64,000 nucleotides of DNA. Source: an uncultured bacterium (GTDB lineage: Bacteria; Eisenbacteria; RBG-16-71-46; CAZHEV01). The position numbers and the translations under genes were made by a program. The stretch is from positions 68,452 to 132,451 of the forward strand of contig CAZHEV010000008.1 of the NCBI GenBank assembly GCA_964531335.1, written 5' to 3'. Positions 8,310 through 19,194 of the stretch are shown one piece after another. Every line of letters begins with the position of its first letter. The first letter of the stretch is position 1. Under the pieces are notes generated by a model. That model saw nothing but the letters and a program-made list of their open reading frames with translations. It did not search any database and was not told the DNA's origin.

Positions 8310-10547
8310 CTAGCCCACCACGATCTTCGCATCCACTATCTTGCAGAAGTCCTTGTCCGGGTGCGCCATGAACGGATTTATGTCCAGCTCCTTTATCTCC
8401 GGGAAATCCGTTATCAGCTGAGAGACCCTGAGCATGGCCTCCGCGATGCTCCCCTTGTGCACCGCCTTCTCCCCTCTCACCCCTTCGAGCAGCGCGCGGC
8501 CGCGAATGGAATTTATCATCTCCATGGCGTCTACGTTCGTGATGGGATGTATCCTGAACGACACGTCGCGCAGCGTCTCGACGTATATGCCGCCGAGCCC
8601 GAACATTATCAGCGGGCCTAAGGCGGGGTCCTGCGTGACGCCGATAATGACCTCCCTGCCGCTGCCGATCATGGGCTGGATGGCCACTCTCAGCGAGCTA
8701 CGGGCCTTGGGAAATGCGGTACGCATGTTCTTGAAGGCCTTCACCACGTCGTTGGCGGAACGCACGTCCTTGATCACTCCGCCGACGTCCGTCTTGTGCA
8801 TTGTCTTCGGTGAAGAGACCTTCATTACAATGGGATAACCTATCTCCTCGGCGACCTCGACCGCCTCCCCGCTGCTCGACGCCTCCTTGGTCCTGGCCAC
8901 CGGGAGGCCGTAGGCCTCGAGGACCTCCCAAACGCCCTTCGTGTCCAGAGAGCTTCCGGGCTTGCTCTTGGACAAGACTTTCGCGGCGCGGTCCTTGTCC
9001 ACCTCGAACTCCACGATGTCGCCCTGGGGCTTCTCCTTCCACGACTTGTATTTCACCATGGCGGCCAGCGAGCGGGCGGCGGACTCCGGAAAGATGTAGA
9101 AGGGAATCCGCTTCGCCTTCTCTTCCCCTCCCTCGACGCCGAGCCGCACGTTGCCCATGAAGCAGGCAAGCACCGGCTTTGTCGCGCCCCTGGTTCCTTC
9201 TATGACCGCGTCGGCTATGGCCACCGGATCGGTAATGACGGGAGAGACGAATATCGCAATCAGCGCGTCCACCTTCGGATCTTCCAAAACCAGCTTCAAG
9301 CATTTCCGGTATTGATCCGCGCCGGCGCTCGCTATCATGTCCACGGGGTTCTGAACGCTCGCCTGCGGAGGCAGAATGTCCGCCAGCTTGCGCATAGTGG
9401 ACTCGGAAAGCTCTCCCACGTTCAAGCCCAGGTTGACGCAGGCGTCCGTGGCAAGAATCCCCGGGCCCCCGGCGTTGGTGACTATCGCCACCCGATCCCC
9501 CTTGGGCAGCGGCTGGTTGGCCAGCGCGCTCGATACGTCGAACAGCTCCTCGATGGACGTTACCCGTACCACCCCGCACTGCTCGAAGAGCGAGTCGGTC
9601 GCCACCTCCCTGGAGATCAGCGCGCCGGTATGCGACGACGCCGCCCGTGCTCCGGCGTAGGTGGTGCCGGCCTTCACCGCTATGATCGGTTTTTCCCTTG
9701 ATGCCCTGCGGGCGAGCTCCTTGAAGCGGCGAGGATTGCCGAAGCTCTCGAGGTAGAGAAGGATGACCTCCGTATTCGGGTCGTCCTCCCAGTACTCCAG
9801 AAGGTCGTTGCCCGACACGTCCGCCTTGTTTCCAACGGAGGCGAAGGCCGAAAAACCGGCCTCGACCTCCTGAGCGTACTGCAAGATCGCTTCACCCAGC
9901 GCGCCGCTCTGGGACATGAAGCCGATCCTCCCGCGAAGGGCGGGCGTTCTGGCGAAGGTCGCGTTCATGGATACCGAGCTGTCGGTGTTTATCACTCCCA
10001 TGCAGTTGGGACCGACCATCCTCATGCCGTACTTGTGGACCAGATCGACCACCTTGTTCTCCAGCTCACCGCCCTGCTTGCCCGTCTCCTTGAAGCCGGC
10101 GGAGATCACGACGAGCCCCTTCACACCCTTCTTGCCGCACTCGTCCACGACCCCCGGCACCAAAGCGGCCGGGACTACGACGACCGCCATGTCCACTTCG
10201 TCGGGAACCTCGGTGACCGACGGGTAGCACTTGATGCTGTGGATAACCTCGGCCTTGGGGTTTACTGGAAAGACTTTGCCGTTGTAGTCGCCGGACACCA
10301 CGTTGTGCAGGATCTCATAGCCTATGGTGCCCTTCTTCCGCGACGCGCCGATTATCGCGATGGAGCGCGGCCTGAATATGCAATCAAGAGACCCGTTACA
10401 TTTCTTGAGCCCGGCGGCGGTTCGTCCGCCGGCCCCGGCCGCGCCCTTGGGGCGGGCGCCGCTCTTGCCGGGATCGCTCTTTTTCGAGTCGCCGCCTTCA
10501 GCCGGTCTCTCGTCCTTCTTGGTCGTTTCCTTGCCGGTCTTAGCCAT
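8310..10547 (-). CDS. acetate--CoA ligase (ADP-forming), fused alpha/beta domains (CoA-binding + succinyl-CoA-synthetase-like + ATP-grasp)
   Basis: CoA-binding N-domain (IAIIGASRKKGTIGYEIL), ligase-CoA domain and C-terminal ATP-grasp. Start set at MAKTGKE with GGAGG upstream. A further upstream ATG would add a Gly/Ala-rich leader. Confidence 0.85.
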   Translation of the reverse strand: MAKTGKETTKKDERPAEGGDSKKSDPGKSGARPKGAAGAGGRTAAGLKKCNGSLDCIFRPRSIAIIGASRKKGTIGYEILHNVVSGDYNGKVFPVNPKAEVIHSIKCYPSVTEVPDEVDMAVVVVPAALVPGVVDECGKKGVKGLVVISAGFKETGKQGGELENKVVDLVHKYGMRMVGPNCMGVINTDSSVSMNATFARTPALRGRIGFMSQSGALGEAILQYAQEVEAGFSAFASVGNKADVSGNDLLEYWEDDPNTEVILLYLESFGNPRRFKELARRASREKPIIAVKAGTTYAGARAASSHTGALISREVATDSLFEQCGVVRVTSIEELFDVSSALANQPLPKGDRVAIVTNAGGPGILATDACVNLGLNVGELSESTMRKLADILPPQASVQNPVDMIASAGADQYRKCLKLVLEDPKVDALIAIFVSPVITDPVAIADAVIEGTRGATKPVLACFMGNVRLGVEGGEEKAKRIPFYIFPESAARSLAAMVKYKSWKEKPQGDIVEFEVDKDRAAKVLSKSKPGSSLDTKGVWEVLEAYGLPVARTKEASSSGEAVEVAEEIGYPIVMKVSSPKTMHKTDVGGVIKDVRSANDVVKAFKNMRTAFPKARSSLRVAIQPMIGSGREVIIGVTQDPALGPLIMFGLGGIYVETLRDVSFRIHPITNVDAMEMINSIRGRALLEGVRGEKAVHKGSIAEAMLRVSQLITDFPEIKELDINPFMAHPDKDFCKIVDAKIVVG

Positions 10548-10676
10548 TCTTCCCTCACCGCCTCCCGACTGTTTCTCCGTATTCGCGGCGCCCGCGTCCG
10601 CGCGACCGCCACCCCCCGAGCGTATCTTTCGACGGCGATTATAGCCTGCCAAGCCTCAACTTGCCAGAGACGATGC

Positions 10677-13013
10677 TCACCGGTCCGAGGCCTGGGCCCA
10701 GCGGGACTCCCAGGGCGTCTCCAGCTCGAGGACGCCGAGCTTGGCCCGGACCACTATCTCCCCCAGGGAGGCGAGGGCCTCCTGGGACGAGGGTCTCAGC
10801 CTGAACGCCTCCCAGAAGTGGACGGCCGCACCGGCGGGCCTCCCGAATTGATAATCGCTCCTGCCCAGCCACATCCGCGAATCGTAGCTGCCTCGGTCCC
10901 GCCGCATGCTCTCCATCGCCCGCGCCCAATTGGCCAAGCGGCGCGCACGCTCCAGCGCCGGATCGATCTCCAGGGCGGCCAGCGCCGCATCGAGCGCTGC
11001 CGCGTAGTCTCCCTCCCTTGCCATGAGGGAGGCCATGGCCAGCCGCGGAGCCGCCGCCTCCGGATATATCGCCAGGGCCTCCTGCAAGATCTCACGCGCG
11101 CGGTCCGTTCGCTCGCGCGCGACGTAGAAGTCCGCCAGCTCCGCCAAAGCTCCGGGCCCGGCCGCGCCCTTCTCTCGAGCGATCTCCGTCCTCGCCGCCT
11201 CCATGGCGGCTATCGCCTCCTCACCCGCCCCTTTATCCACGGCGGCCGCGAGCGCGTCGCTCGCCTCTGCGTACCTACCGCTCTCCAGCAGCCACCATCC
11301 GGCCGTGTACATGACGTTTCCGCCGCGGCGGGCGGAGGCCGCAGCCGCCTCCCGGGCATGCTCCAGCGCCTCCTCCAAACGGGCCGATTTCTTGAGCGCC
11401 CCCGCCAGCCGGATCTTTCCGATCACAGAGTCGGGCTCCGCGGCGGCGGCGCGCGCGAAGTCCTCCACGTCGAGCTCGTAGACGTACCAAGTGTAGCCCA
11501 GGGTCAGGGACGGCTCGAAGGGGTCGAGCCACCTGTAGGCGGTGTCATCGCCCCTGAATATTCCTCTCAATGAGTTCACATTCACGGCTATCGTTCCCAC
11601 CGACGGAGAGTAGGCGCCGGGGTTGACCAAGACGGTGTCCCCGCGCGTCGATATGAAGGACGAGAGCATGCCGTCGTCCTGCCCCCAATCGACGTTCGAG
11701 TCTATCAGATATCTCGGCCCTCCCCTCGGGCCGCCCGCCGCCTCGTTGAAGTACGCCAGGTAGTGGGGATGCACTTGGAGAGAGCCCCAGGCGTACCACA
11801 GGGCGCCCGCGCCCAATAGCACGAGCCGGGGACCCCTTCCCCTGATAAGCCGCGCCGCCGCGGCCGAGGCGATCACCGCGGCGAAGGGATAGAACAGCAG
11901 GACGTGGCGGACTCCAATGTTTACGCCCGTCCAGGCCATTGCCACCAGGTATACCACAAGCGGGAGAAAGACGAAGAGCGCGTCCACCTTTCTGCGGGTC
12001 CACCCGCCCAGGACGATCGAGGCCGCGAAGAGCGCGAGCAGCGGGACAGGCGTCTTGACCGCCAGGGCTACCGGAAAGTAGTACCACCAGCCCCCCATTG
12101 ATCGCCTCCCCGCCAGATAGGCGAAGTGCCCCCCGGTCGAGTGCCGCAGCTTGCCCAGGGTGCCTTCCACGAACAGGTCGGGCAGAACAGATGAGTCCGC
12201 CATCTCGATCGCGGACTCACCCTCGGGCTCGGCCGGGGGCTGACCCGGCGCAGCGCCTCCTCCGGCCCGGACGGCCCCGCCGCCGGTCTCGGAAGAGCCC
12301 GCTCCGGATCCCACCGGCAGATGATAGACGATGTTCGACAGAGCGACCGTGCACCCGAGCATGAAGGCCAGGGCGAGCGCGCCCCTCGCGAGGCGCTTGA
12401 ACGTGGGGCCGGAGCGACAGACGGATACAAGCAGCAGGGCACAGAAGACGGGAAGAACCAGCAAGGCGGTGAACTTGCTGAGCAGCGCCGCCGTCATCGC
12501 CAGGCACGACGCCACCCAGTAACGGGCGCCGCCTGCCCGGTAGGACTTCCAGAGCAGGAAGAAAGCGGCAAACAAGAAGGCCGTCACTCCCAGGTCGAGC
12601 GTTGCGAGCCCGGAGTGCGCTATCACGTTCGGTTCGAAGCAGTACAGGAAGAGAGCGGCCGTTCCCGCCGCGGCCCCCAGCATGGCCCCGGCCCACGCGT
12701 AGACGAGGAGGGCGAGCGCCAGAGAGAGCGCAAGGACCGGCAGGCGGGCCGCCCAGAGCCCGTCGTCGGAGAAAGGAGAATAGCCCAGCTCTCCCAGGGC
12801 AAGCGGCGCCGCGACCAGGAGCTGCATCAATGGCGGGTTGTTGACGCCGCCGCTGAAGACACCGGTCTGCCAGTAGATGTATCCCGAAGGGAGATGAGCC
12901 CCGTGCTCGTCGCACACCCCCGACTTGGAAAGGATCGGCGGCACCGTCTGCGCCGCGAGGGCGGCGAGCAATAGAATGACCGCTGAATACCTTATCGCCT
13001 TTTCGCCTCTCAC
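10677..13013 (-). CDS. GT39/GT83-like (PMT/ArnT-type) polytopic membrane glycosyltransferase with C-terminal TPR repeats
   Basis: N-terminal multi-TM region like dolichyl-phosphate-mannose/undecaprenyl-phosphate glycosyltransferases. C-terminal TPR helical repeats. Confidence 0.75.
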   Translation of the reverse strand: MRGEKAIRYSAVILLLAALAAQTVPPILSKSGVCDEHGAHLPSGYIYWQTGVFSGGVNNPPLMQLLVAAPLALGELGYSPFSDDGLWAARLPVLALSLALALLVYAWAGAMLGAAAGTAALFLYCFEPNVIAHSGLATLDLGVTAFLFAAFFLLWKSYRAGGARYWVASCLAMTAALLSKFTALLVLPVFCALLLVSVCRSGPTFKRLARGALALAFMLGCTVALSNIVYHLPVGSGAGSSETGGGAVRAGGGAAPGQPPAEPEGESAIEMADSSVLPDLFVEGTLGKLRHSTGGHFAYLAGRRSMGGWWYYFPVALAVKTPVPLLALFAASIVLGGWTRRKVDALFVFLPLVVYLVAMAWTGVNIGVRHVLLFYPFAAVIASAAAARLIRGRGPRLVLLGAGALWYAWGSLQVHPHYLAYFNEAAGGPRGGPRYLIDSNVDWGQDDGMLSSFISTRGDTVLVNPGAYSPSVGTIAVNVNSLRGIFRGDDTAYRWLDPFEPSLTLGYTWYVYELDVEDFARAAAAEPDSVIGKIRLAGALKKSARLEEALEHAREAAAASARRGGNVMYTAGWWLLESGRYAEASDALAAAVDKGAGEEAIAAMEAARTEIAREKGAAGPGALAELADFYVARERTDRAREILQEALAIYPEAAAPRLAMASLMAREGDYAAALDAALAALEIDPALERARRLANWARAMESMRRDRGSYDSRMWLGRSDYQFGRPAGAAVHFWEAFRLRPSSQEALASLGEIVVRAKLGVLELETPWESRWAQASDR

Positions 13014-15133
13014 CGCCCGCTTCCCGCCGTGCCGGCTCCGGCCTCTTTCAGTTGATCGAGCAAGGACTTTACTCTGGCGTCCGAGGAATCCGACATCGCC
13101 GCCGAGCGCGCCTCGGCCAGGGCCTCCTCCAGCCGGCCCAGCACCACCAAGACCCTGGCCTTGGCCAGCCTGGCGTCCACGGAGCCGGGCGATATCGACA
13201 GAGCCCTGTCGAAATGATCGAGCGACTCCTCGTACTCGCCGCCGAGGGCCCTTGCTCTTCCGAGACTCATTGACGAGACCGCTATCTCTTTCCTGTTGCG
13301 CCCGAGCTCCAGAGCCCTCGTGTACACGGCGGCGGCCTCGCCGACCTTTCCCTCATCGACAAGGACGTCCCCGAGCCCCATCGCGGCCTCCCAGTAGTAA
13401 GGATCCGCCTCCAGGGCTTTGCGGTACGCGTCCGCGGCGCGGTCCGGCTCGCCGGAGCGGCTCACGCACAGTCCGAGGTTGTACCAGGACTTCGCGTACA
13501 ACGGCTCGGCCCGCGCGGCCTGTTCGAAGAGCGGGGCCGCCTGCGCGAACGCCCCGCGCCCCGCGAGCAGCACCCCCCACTGAAACAGCGGATCGGGGTC
13601 GCCCGGATTGTTCCGGGCCGCGCGCTCGAACATGGTCAGGGCCTCTTCGGTGGCCCCCTCGCGCCTGAGGATCATGGCCAGCTCGAACTCGGGACGGGAA
13701 TACTTTATGTCCGCTATACCGTACGCATCCACGTTCACCGCGACAGCTCCGAGGGCGGCCACCGACAGATAAGCCGCCGCGGACGCCTTGCGCCGGGAGA
13801 CCATGGCGGCCAGCGAAACCGCGGCGTAGCCGGCGAATATGCAAAGGACCGGAACGGATGTCATCCTGTATCGCGCGCAAACGAAAAACGCGACGGTGGC
13901 GATCACCTGCGAGAACAGGAAAAGGGCCGGAAGCCCCAGCGCGGCCCGGCGGCGGATCGCAAGCGCCATCCCCGCAAGAGCGAAAGGGGCGACCCACCTG
14001 AAGGACACAAGCGGATAGGCCATGAGCGGCGATTCCTCCGCCACGTGCGCGAAGGAGACGTTCCGCTCTATCTCGTGCCCGTTCCAGAAGAGCGCGAGCT
14101 TCTTGAAGAGAAGGCCCAGGTAATCGCCCGTGTTAGACGAGATGTAATCCCAGGCCTTGTCGTAGTAGTACCTCGACCATCCCGCCGGGTCCGTCGTCCT
14201 ATCGGCCTCGGGCTCCGCGGTAAGAAGATCCCACCGTATCCCGGGCCTTATTCCCACCGTACGGTCATAGTCGCCGTTGTTGCCCAGGTAGAAGTTGATT
14301 CCTCCGTTGTAGCTTATGGGGACGAATGACCCGCTTCTCACATAGTTCATGTACGTCACGGAGGCTACGGGCGCGAGCGCGCACGCGAGAAACAACCCGG
14401 CCGCCCCGTACGCCCCTAAGCGCCCCGTCCCGGTGAAGTGGCGCTTGCTCTCCGCCCTTCCGCGCTTGGAGCGACCCTCCCCGTCCGCCGTTCCGGGCTT
14501 TCGGGTTCCACGCCCCGGCGTCCTCGCCCGCCTGAGCATTAAGATCGCCCACAACAACGCCGCCGGGGCAAATACCAGGACCGTCGGCCGCGCGACCGCG
14601 GCAAGCCCCAGGAGAAGCCCGGACGCCCCCCATCGCCGGCGCCCGCCCTTCTCCGCAGCCTCGAGCAGCAGCGTCAGGGACGCCAGGGACAGGAACACGG
14701 CGAGAGAAGGGCGAAGTATCTCGGTGTCGAAGTGAACGGACATCGAGTACAGAGCGTACATGCAGCCCGCGGCGAATGCGGCCGCCCTGCCCGAGCAACG
14801 GCGCCCGATGAGATAGACCAGGATCGCGGAAGCGGATCCCAGGACGGCCTGGACGAGCCTGACCGCCAGCAGGTCATGCCCGAAGATCCTGTAGATGGCC
14901 GATAGAAAAAGAGGATACAGCGGGGCCTGGTAGAACGCGCCCTGCTCCGGCCAGGTCCCGCGCGCAAAGGCGGTGGCCCTGGTGTCGAAGTCGACGCTGT
15001 CCACGAGCAGATGGTCGAAAAACGGGCTGTCGCTCATCCACAGGATATGCAGGGTTCTGGCGCACAACGCCAGCGCGAAGACCGCCGCCGCCGCCATGTC
15101 GATCCGCAATCGAGCTTCCGCCGCCGATCCCAT
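13010..15133 (-). CDS. GT39/GT83-like (PMT/ArnT-type) membrane glycosyltransferase with C-terminal TPR repeats (paralog of downstream gene)
   Basis: Same architecture as 10677..13013. Its stop overlaps the next gene's start by 4 nt (ATGA), suggesting translational coupling. Confidence 0.75.
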   Translation of the reverse strand: MGSAAEARLRIDMAAAAVFALALCARTLHILWMSDSPFFDHLLVDSVDFDTRATAFARGTWPEQGAFYQAPLYPLFLSAIYRIFGHDLLAVRLVQAVLGSASAILVYLIGRRCSGRAAAFAAGCMYALYSMSVHFDTEILRPSLAVFLSLASLTLLLEAAEKGGRRRWGASGLLLGLAAVARPTVLVFAPAALLWAILMLRRARTPGRGTRKPGTADGEGRSKRGRAESKRHFTGTGRLGAYGAAGLFLACALAPVASVTYMNYVRSGSFVPISYNGGINFYLGNNGDYDRTVGIRPGIRWDLLTAEPEADRTTDPAGWSRYYYDKAWDYISSNTGDYLGLLFKKLALFWNGHEIERNVSFAHVAEESPLMAYPLVSFRWVAPFALAGMALAIRRRAALGLPALFLFSQVIATVAFFVCARYRMTSVPVLCIFAGYAAVSLAAMVSRRKASAAAYLSVAALGAVAVNVDAYGIADIKYSRPEFELAMILRREGATEEALTMFERAARNNPGDPDPLFQWGVLLAGRGAFAQAAPLFEQAARAEPLYAKSWYNLGLCVSRSGEPDRAADAYRKALEADPYYWEAAMGLGDVLVDEGKVGEAAAVYTRALELGRNRKEIAVSSMSLGRARALGGEYEESLDHFDRALSISPGSVDARLAKARVLVVLGRLEEALAEARSAAMSDSSDARVKSLLDQLKEAGAGTAGSGR

Positions 15134-15248
15134 ATATGCGTGCCCCGCCCGCGGCGCAACGCCGGTTGACAGGCGCGCCCCTTACGTGCTAAGTTGTTAG
15201 TAAGCGTGACGTTCAGGCAATCACCGTTACATCCGCCCCCAAGACCAC

Positions 15249-18035
15249 ATGAAGACTCTTTCCATACTTTTCCTGAACGCCCTGATGCTCTCTCTTGCCG
15301 CGTGGCCTTCCCAAGCTCAGTTCATCACCTATGGGAAGAACAAGGTGCAGTATACCCGTTTCGACTGGGAGGTACTAGAGGGCGGCCAAGTGGATCTCTA
15401 CTATTACACGGAAGAGGCGGAGCTTGGGAAAATCGCCCTGGAGACGGCCGAGAGCTGGATAACGTACCTTGAGCAGGTCTTCGGCCATCGTCTCTCCGAG
15501 AGAGTGCCCCTGATCATCTTCAGCTCACACCATCATTTCGAGCAGACCAACGTCAGCCCGTACTTTCTCCCCGAGGGCGTAGCGGGAATGACCGAGCACA
15601 TGAAAGGGCGGGTGGTCGTGCCGTTCAACGGGTCGCTCGCGGACTTCAAGCGCACCATACGCCACGAGCTCGTGCACGTGTTTCAACTTTCCGCCATGGA
15701 GGAGGTCTACAGAAGACACCCCACCTCGGACATGCCCATGCTCCCGCTGTGGTTCACCGAGGGACTGGCGGACTACCTGCCGGAGCATTGGAGCACGGAC
15801 GCCGACATGGTGGTCAGGGATCTCGTGACTTCGAACATGCTGCCGCCGATGAGGCACTTGGACCGTCTGGGCTTCAGCTACGTAACCTACAAGGCGGGAC
15901 AATCCGCCGTCGGATACCTGATAGAGAACCACGGCATCGACAAGATCGCCCTGATATACCGGGACATGTGGAAAGGCCGGAACCTGACGGAGATACTCGA
16001 TCGGGCCTGCGGAATCAACATAGACAAGATGGGCGAGAAGTGGGCCTACGGGCTGAAGCTGAAGTACTTCCCCGAGTTCAAGGACTACGGGAGCTTCCTC
16101 CCCTGTTGCTCCGTCCGATCGTCGGACTACTACTGCTTCAAGCCGAGGCTCGTGGAGGGGGCCGGACAGGACTCCCTCAGTATCGTTTACATCTCATTGG
16201 ATACAGGCTACACCACGATACGCAAGAAGAGCCTGGGGAGAGAAGACCACGACGCCCGGACCATACTGCAAGGTCAGAGGAAGGCGCAGTTCGAGTCGCT
16301 CCACCCCTTCAGCAGCCGCATGGATGTGTCCGCCGACGGGCTTCTCGCCTTCGTCTCCAAACACGGGGAGACGGACGCTCTCTTCGTGCACGATCTGGAC
16401 GGCGGCGAGATCCTGGGAAGCGATCGTTTCAGCGGCCTGGTATCCCTGTCTTCGCCGAGCTGGTCACCGGACGGAACGGACGTCGCCTTCTCGGCGATGT
16501 CCGTGGACGGAAAGTCGGACCTCTACGTCTTCGACCGGCAGGCGGGTGATCTGGACAGGCTGACCAACGACTGGTACTTGGACTCGGACCCCGCGTGGTC
16601 TCCCGACGGGAGATGGATAGCCTTCTCCTCGGATCGCACGCACTACGGATCGGATGGGGCGATGAACCTGTTCCTGTTCGATATGGAGTCTAGAGAGATC
16701 CTCTTTCTAACCAGCGGGCCTTGGAAGGACCAGAGCCCGACGTGGTCCCCGGACGGCGACAGAGTGCTGTTCACGTCCGACCGCGAGGGCATCTACAACA
16801 TCTACAGCGCGGATCTCCGGGGATACGGGCGCCGCGAGACCTGTTTCGTGGGCGCCGCCATGGACCCCCAGTGGGGGCCGGGCGAGAACGAGGTAACCTT
16901 CGTCGGCTACAACCAGGGCACTTTCAGGATCTACACCGCGGAGATGGCCCCGAGCGCCTCCAGCGCTTTCGCCCTCGACGCCCCGCCCAGCGAAGCCACG
17001 TGGAGCCCCGAGAGCTCCATCGCCACGGTGGCATACAACGCGGAGGACTACGAGCCCAGCTACGGATTGGATTTCGCTCAGGGAGGCGTGCTCGTCGATC
17101 CTACGCTGGGCGCGGGTCAAGGGCTCCAGTTCGTTATGAGCGACATGATGGGAGACAGGATTCTAGTCCTGCAATTCAGCAATACCGCGCAAACGACCGA
17201 CGAGCTGCTCTCCCACTTCAACGTGGCCGTGGTCCGTTTCAACCTGGGGAACCGGGTAAACTACGGCTACGGCGGCTTCCACCTGGTCGGCGATTTCTAC
17301 GACGAGGCCGGCTTTCCTTTCTTCGAACGGCGCATCGGAGGCGAGTTCATCGCGAGATACCCGTTCTCGAGATACGCGAGAATGGAGGCGTCCGCCGCGC
17401 TGTATCACTCCACGAAGGAAGAGCTGGCGAGAGAGCGCAAGGGATTGATGCTCCAGAACAGCTTCTCCCTGACCCGCGACACTTCCCTCTGGTTGATGAC
17501 GGGCCCCATAGACGGAGAACGCTATTACCTCTCGCTCGGTGTCGCCACCGACTTGTCCAGCGGGACGGCCGAGAACGTGGCCGCGGTCCTGGACCTGCGC
17601 AAGTACCTCAGAGTCGGTCTGCGGTCCGCCTACGCGGTGAGGTTCCTAGGGGAGATGAGCTACGGCTCCGATCCCTACCGTTTCTCCCTCGGAGGACCGT
17701 TCTCCCTGAGGGGTTACCCGCGTTTCGCCCTCACCGGCACCAGGGCTCTTCTGTTGTCTCAGGAGCTGCGGTTTCCCATGATACGGAGGTTCGCGCTCAG
17801 CACGCCCCTCGGCGGGCTTGAGTTTCCGAGCCTGCAAGGTGTAATCTTCTTTGACGCCGCGACGGCATGGGTTTCCGACGATGAGGTCCTCGATCCGTTC
17901 GGGAGTTTCGGGATCGGTCTGCGCCTTGCCCTCGGCCCCTTCGCGGCGATCAAGCTGGATATCGCGAAGCTCACTGATTTCGAGATGGTACAGAAGGAAA
18001 TGGAAGTTGACATATCCCTGGGTTGGAACTTCTAG
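15249..18035 (+). CDS. large exported fusion protein: N-terminal HEXXH zincin-like (peptidase MA-like) domain + TolB-like PD40 beta-propeller repeats + C-terminal Omp85/surface-antigen beta-barrel
   Basis: Signal peptide. IRHELVHVF then FTEGLADY (HExxH plus downstream E). Multiple WSPDG/PD40 repeats. The C-terminus (FDAATAW...GIGLRLALGPFAAIKLDIA...) resembles the bacterial surface antigen (BamA/TamA) barrel terminus. Confidence 0.8.
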   Translation: MKTLSILFLNALMLSLAAWPSQAQFITYGKNKVQYTRFDWEVLEGGQVDLYYYTEEAELGKIALETAESWITYLEQVFGHRLSERVPLIIFSSHHHFEQTNVSPYFLPEGVAGMTEHMKGRVVVPFNGSLADFKRTIRHELVHVFQLSAMEEVYRRHPTSDMPMLPLWFTEGLADYLPEHWSTDADMVVRDLVTSNMLPPMRHLDRLGFSYVTYKAGQSAVGYLIENHGIDKIALIYRDMWKGRNLTEILDRACGINIDKMGEKWAYGLKLKYFPEFKDYGSFLPCCSVRSSDYYCFKPRLVEGAGQDSLSIVYISLDTGYTTIRKKSLGREDHDARTILQGQRKAQFESLHPFSSRMDVSADGLLAFVSKHGETDALFVHDLDGGEILGSDRFSGLVSLSSPSWSPDGTDVAFSAMSVDGKSDLYVFDRQAGDLDRLTNDWYLDSDPAWSPDGRWIAFSSDRTHYGSDGAMNLFLFDMESREILFLTSGPWKDQSPTWSPDGDRVLFTSDREGIYNIYSADLRGYGRRETCFVGAAMDPQWGPGENEVTFVGYNQGTFRIYTAEMAPSASSAFALDAPPSEATWSPESSIATVAYNAEDYEPSYGLDFAQGGVLVDPTLGAGQGLQFVMSDMMGDRILVLQFSNTAQTTDELLSHFNVAVVRFNLGNRVNYGYGGFHLVGDFYDEAGFPFFERRIGGEFIARYPFSRYARMEASAALYHSTKEELARERKGLMLQNSFSLTRDTSLWLMTGPIDGERYYLSLGVATDLSSGTAENVAAVLDLRKYLRVGLRSAYAVRFLGEMSYGSDPYRFSLGGPFSLRGYPRFALTGTRALLLSQELRFPMIRRFALSTPLGGLEFPSLQGVIFFDAATAWVSDDEVLDPFGSFGIGLRLALGPFAAIKLDIAKLTDFEMVQKEMEVDISLGWNF

Positions 18036-19194
18036 CGGGCGCAAGAAGGTTAACGGAGAGACAGCCGCTTCCCTTGCGGTCCTGATTGCGGTTTTGGCCC
18101 TGATCCTGTACTTCGGCGGATGCTCCGGATCGACCATCGGATATACCTACTCCTCGGCCTCGTGGCCCACGCAGGGCGGTGACGTTCAAAGGACGGGAGC
18201 GCTCGGAGCCGAGGCGCATCCTCCATTCTTCCTGAAGTGGAAGGCCGACGCCGGGCTGGCGCCCGTGGGGCACCTGGCCGTTCTAGAGGACGCGATCGCC
18301 GGGTGTTTCCTGCGGCGCACCGTGGCGCTGTACGCTCTGGACTCGGGAAGGACGCTCTGGCGGAGGAACCTGCGAACCGATCCTTCCTCCGGCCCTTCGG
18401 CGTCGGACGGACTCATGTATCTATCAACCGATATACCTGAAGGCAGGATCCAGTGCCTGCACATCAAGGACGGCAAGACGCTTTGGTGGTCCGAGACGGG
18501 CGAGACCGACGGCGCCCCCACCGCCGCCAACGGGTTCGTGTACGCATGCGCCAGGAACGGGCGCTTGCTCCGGCTCGGCCCGCGGGACGGGAAGATACAC
18601 TGGAGAAGCCGCGTAGCACAGCTCGGGGGGGCCTCCCCCGCGGTTGTCTCCGACATCGGGGTGGTCACGACTCTGGGGGACAGCGTGGTGGCGTTCCGCC
18701 CGGACACCGGAGAGACGAGCTGGCGCTACCAGGCGGGCTCGGCGCAGTTCGGCAGTGCCGCCGTCAAGGGCGGGCGCTGTTACCTCTCTGCAAACGAGGG
18801 GTTAGCCGTCTGCCTGGAGCTCGAATCCGGAAAAGAGATCTGGCGCAGGCCCCTGGGAGGCAGGAGCATGTCGAGTCCGGCCGTCCGCGAGGGCAGCGTC
18901 TACTTCACGGACCTGTCCGGGCGACTGAGCTGCTTCGACGCGGCTACCGGGGAGACGACCTGGGAGACGGCCGAAGACGCGCCGTTGAGAGCCGGACCCG
19001 CCGTGACCTCGTACTATGTCTATACCGCCGGAATGGGCGGAAGGGTTTCCTGCTACGACAGGGAGACCGGCGAGCCTCTCTGGACACAGGTCATGGAAGA
19101 ATCGTTCGAAACCCCTCCCGTCATCGCGGAGATGTATCTGGTCGTAGTCTCCTCCGAGGGTACCATCTATTGCTTCAAGGAAGAGATCCGCTGA
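18007..19194 (+). CDS. PQQ-like beta-propeller repeat lipoprotein (BamB-like fold)
   Basis: Probable TTG start overlapping the upstream stop by about 29 nt, with AAGGAA upstream. N-terminal KK then hydrophobic stretch and GGC lipobox-like motif. Repeated G.LWR/W motifs typical of PQQ propellers. Start uncertain. Confidence 0.65.
   Translation: MTYPWVGTSSGRKKVNGETAASLAVLIAVLALILYFGGCSGSTIGYTYSSASWPTQGGDVQRTGALGAEAHPPFFLKWKADAGLAPVGHLAVLEDAIAGCFLRRTVALYALDSGRTLWRRNLRTDPSSGPSASDGLMYLSTDIPEGRIQCLHIKDGKTLWWSETGETDGAPTAANGFVYACARNGRLLRLGPRDGKIHWRSRVAQLGGASPAVVSDIGVVTTLGDSVVAFRPDTGETSWRYQAGSAQFGSAAVKGGRCYLSANEGLAVCLELESGKEIWRRPLGGRSMSSPAVREGSVYFTDLSGRLSCFDAATGETTWETAEDAPLRAGPAVTSYYVYTAGMGGRVSCYDRETGEPLWTQVMEESFETPPVIAEMYLVVVSSEGTIYCFKEEIR

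Noticed and set aside
10035-12974. Several long ORFs (10035..11573 +, 11545..12087 -, 12217..12915 -, 12321..12974 +) inside the GT39-TPR gene
   Set aside because: All lie within or out of frame relative to a coherent 778-aa membrane protein gene. Their composition is Arg/Pro/Gly-rich.
18453-19169. 5' half of track ORF 18453..20036
   Set aside because: Overlaps the PQQ-propeller gene in another frame. Only the part after 19170, which encodes a sensible PEGA protein, was kept.
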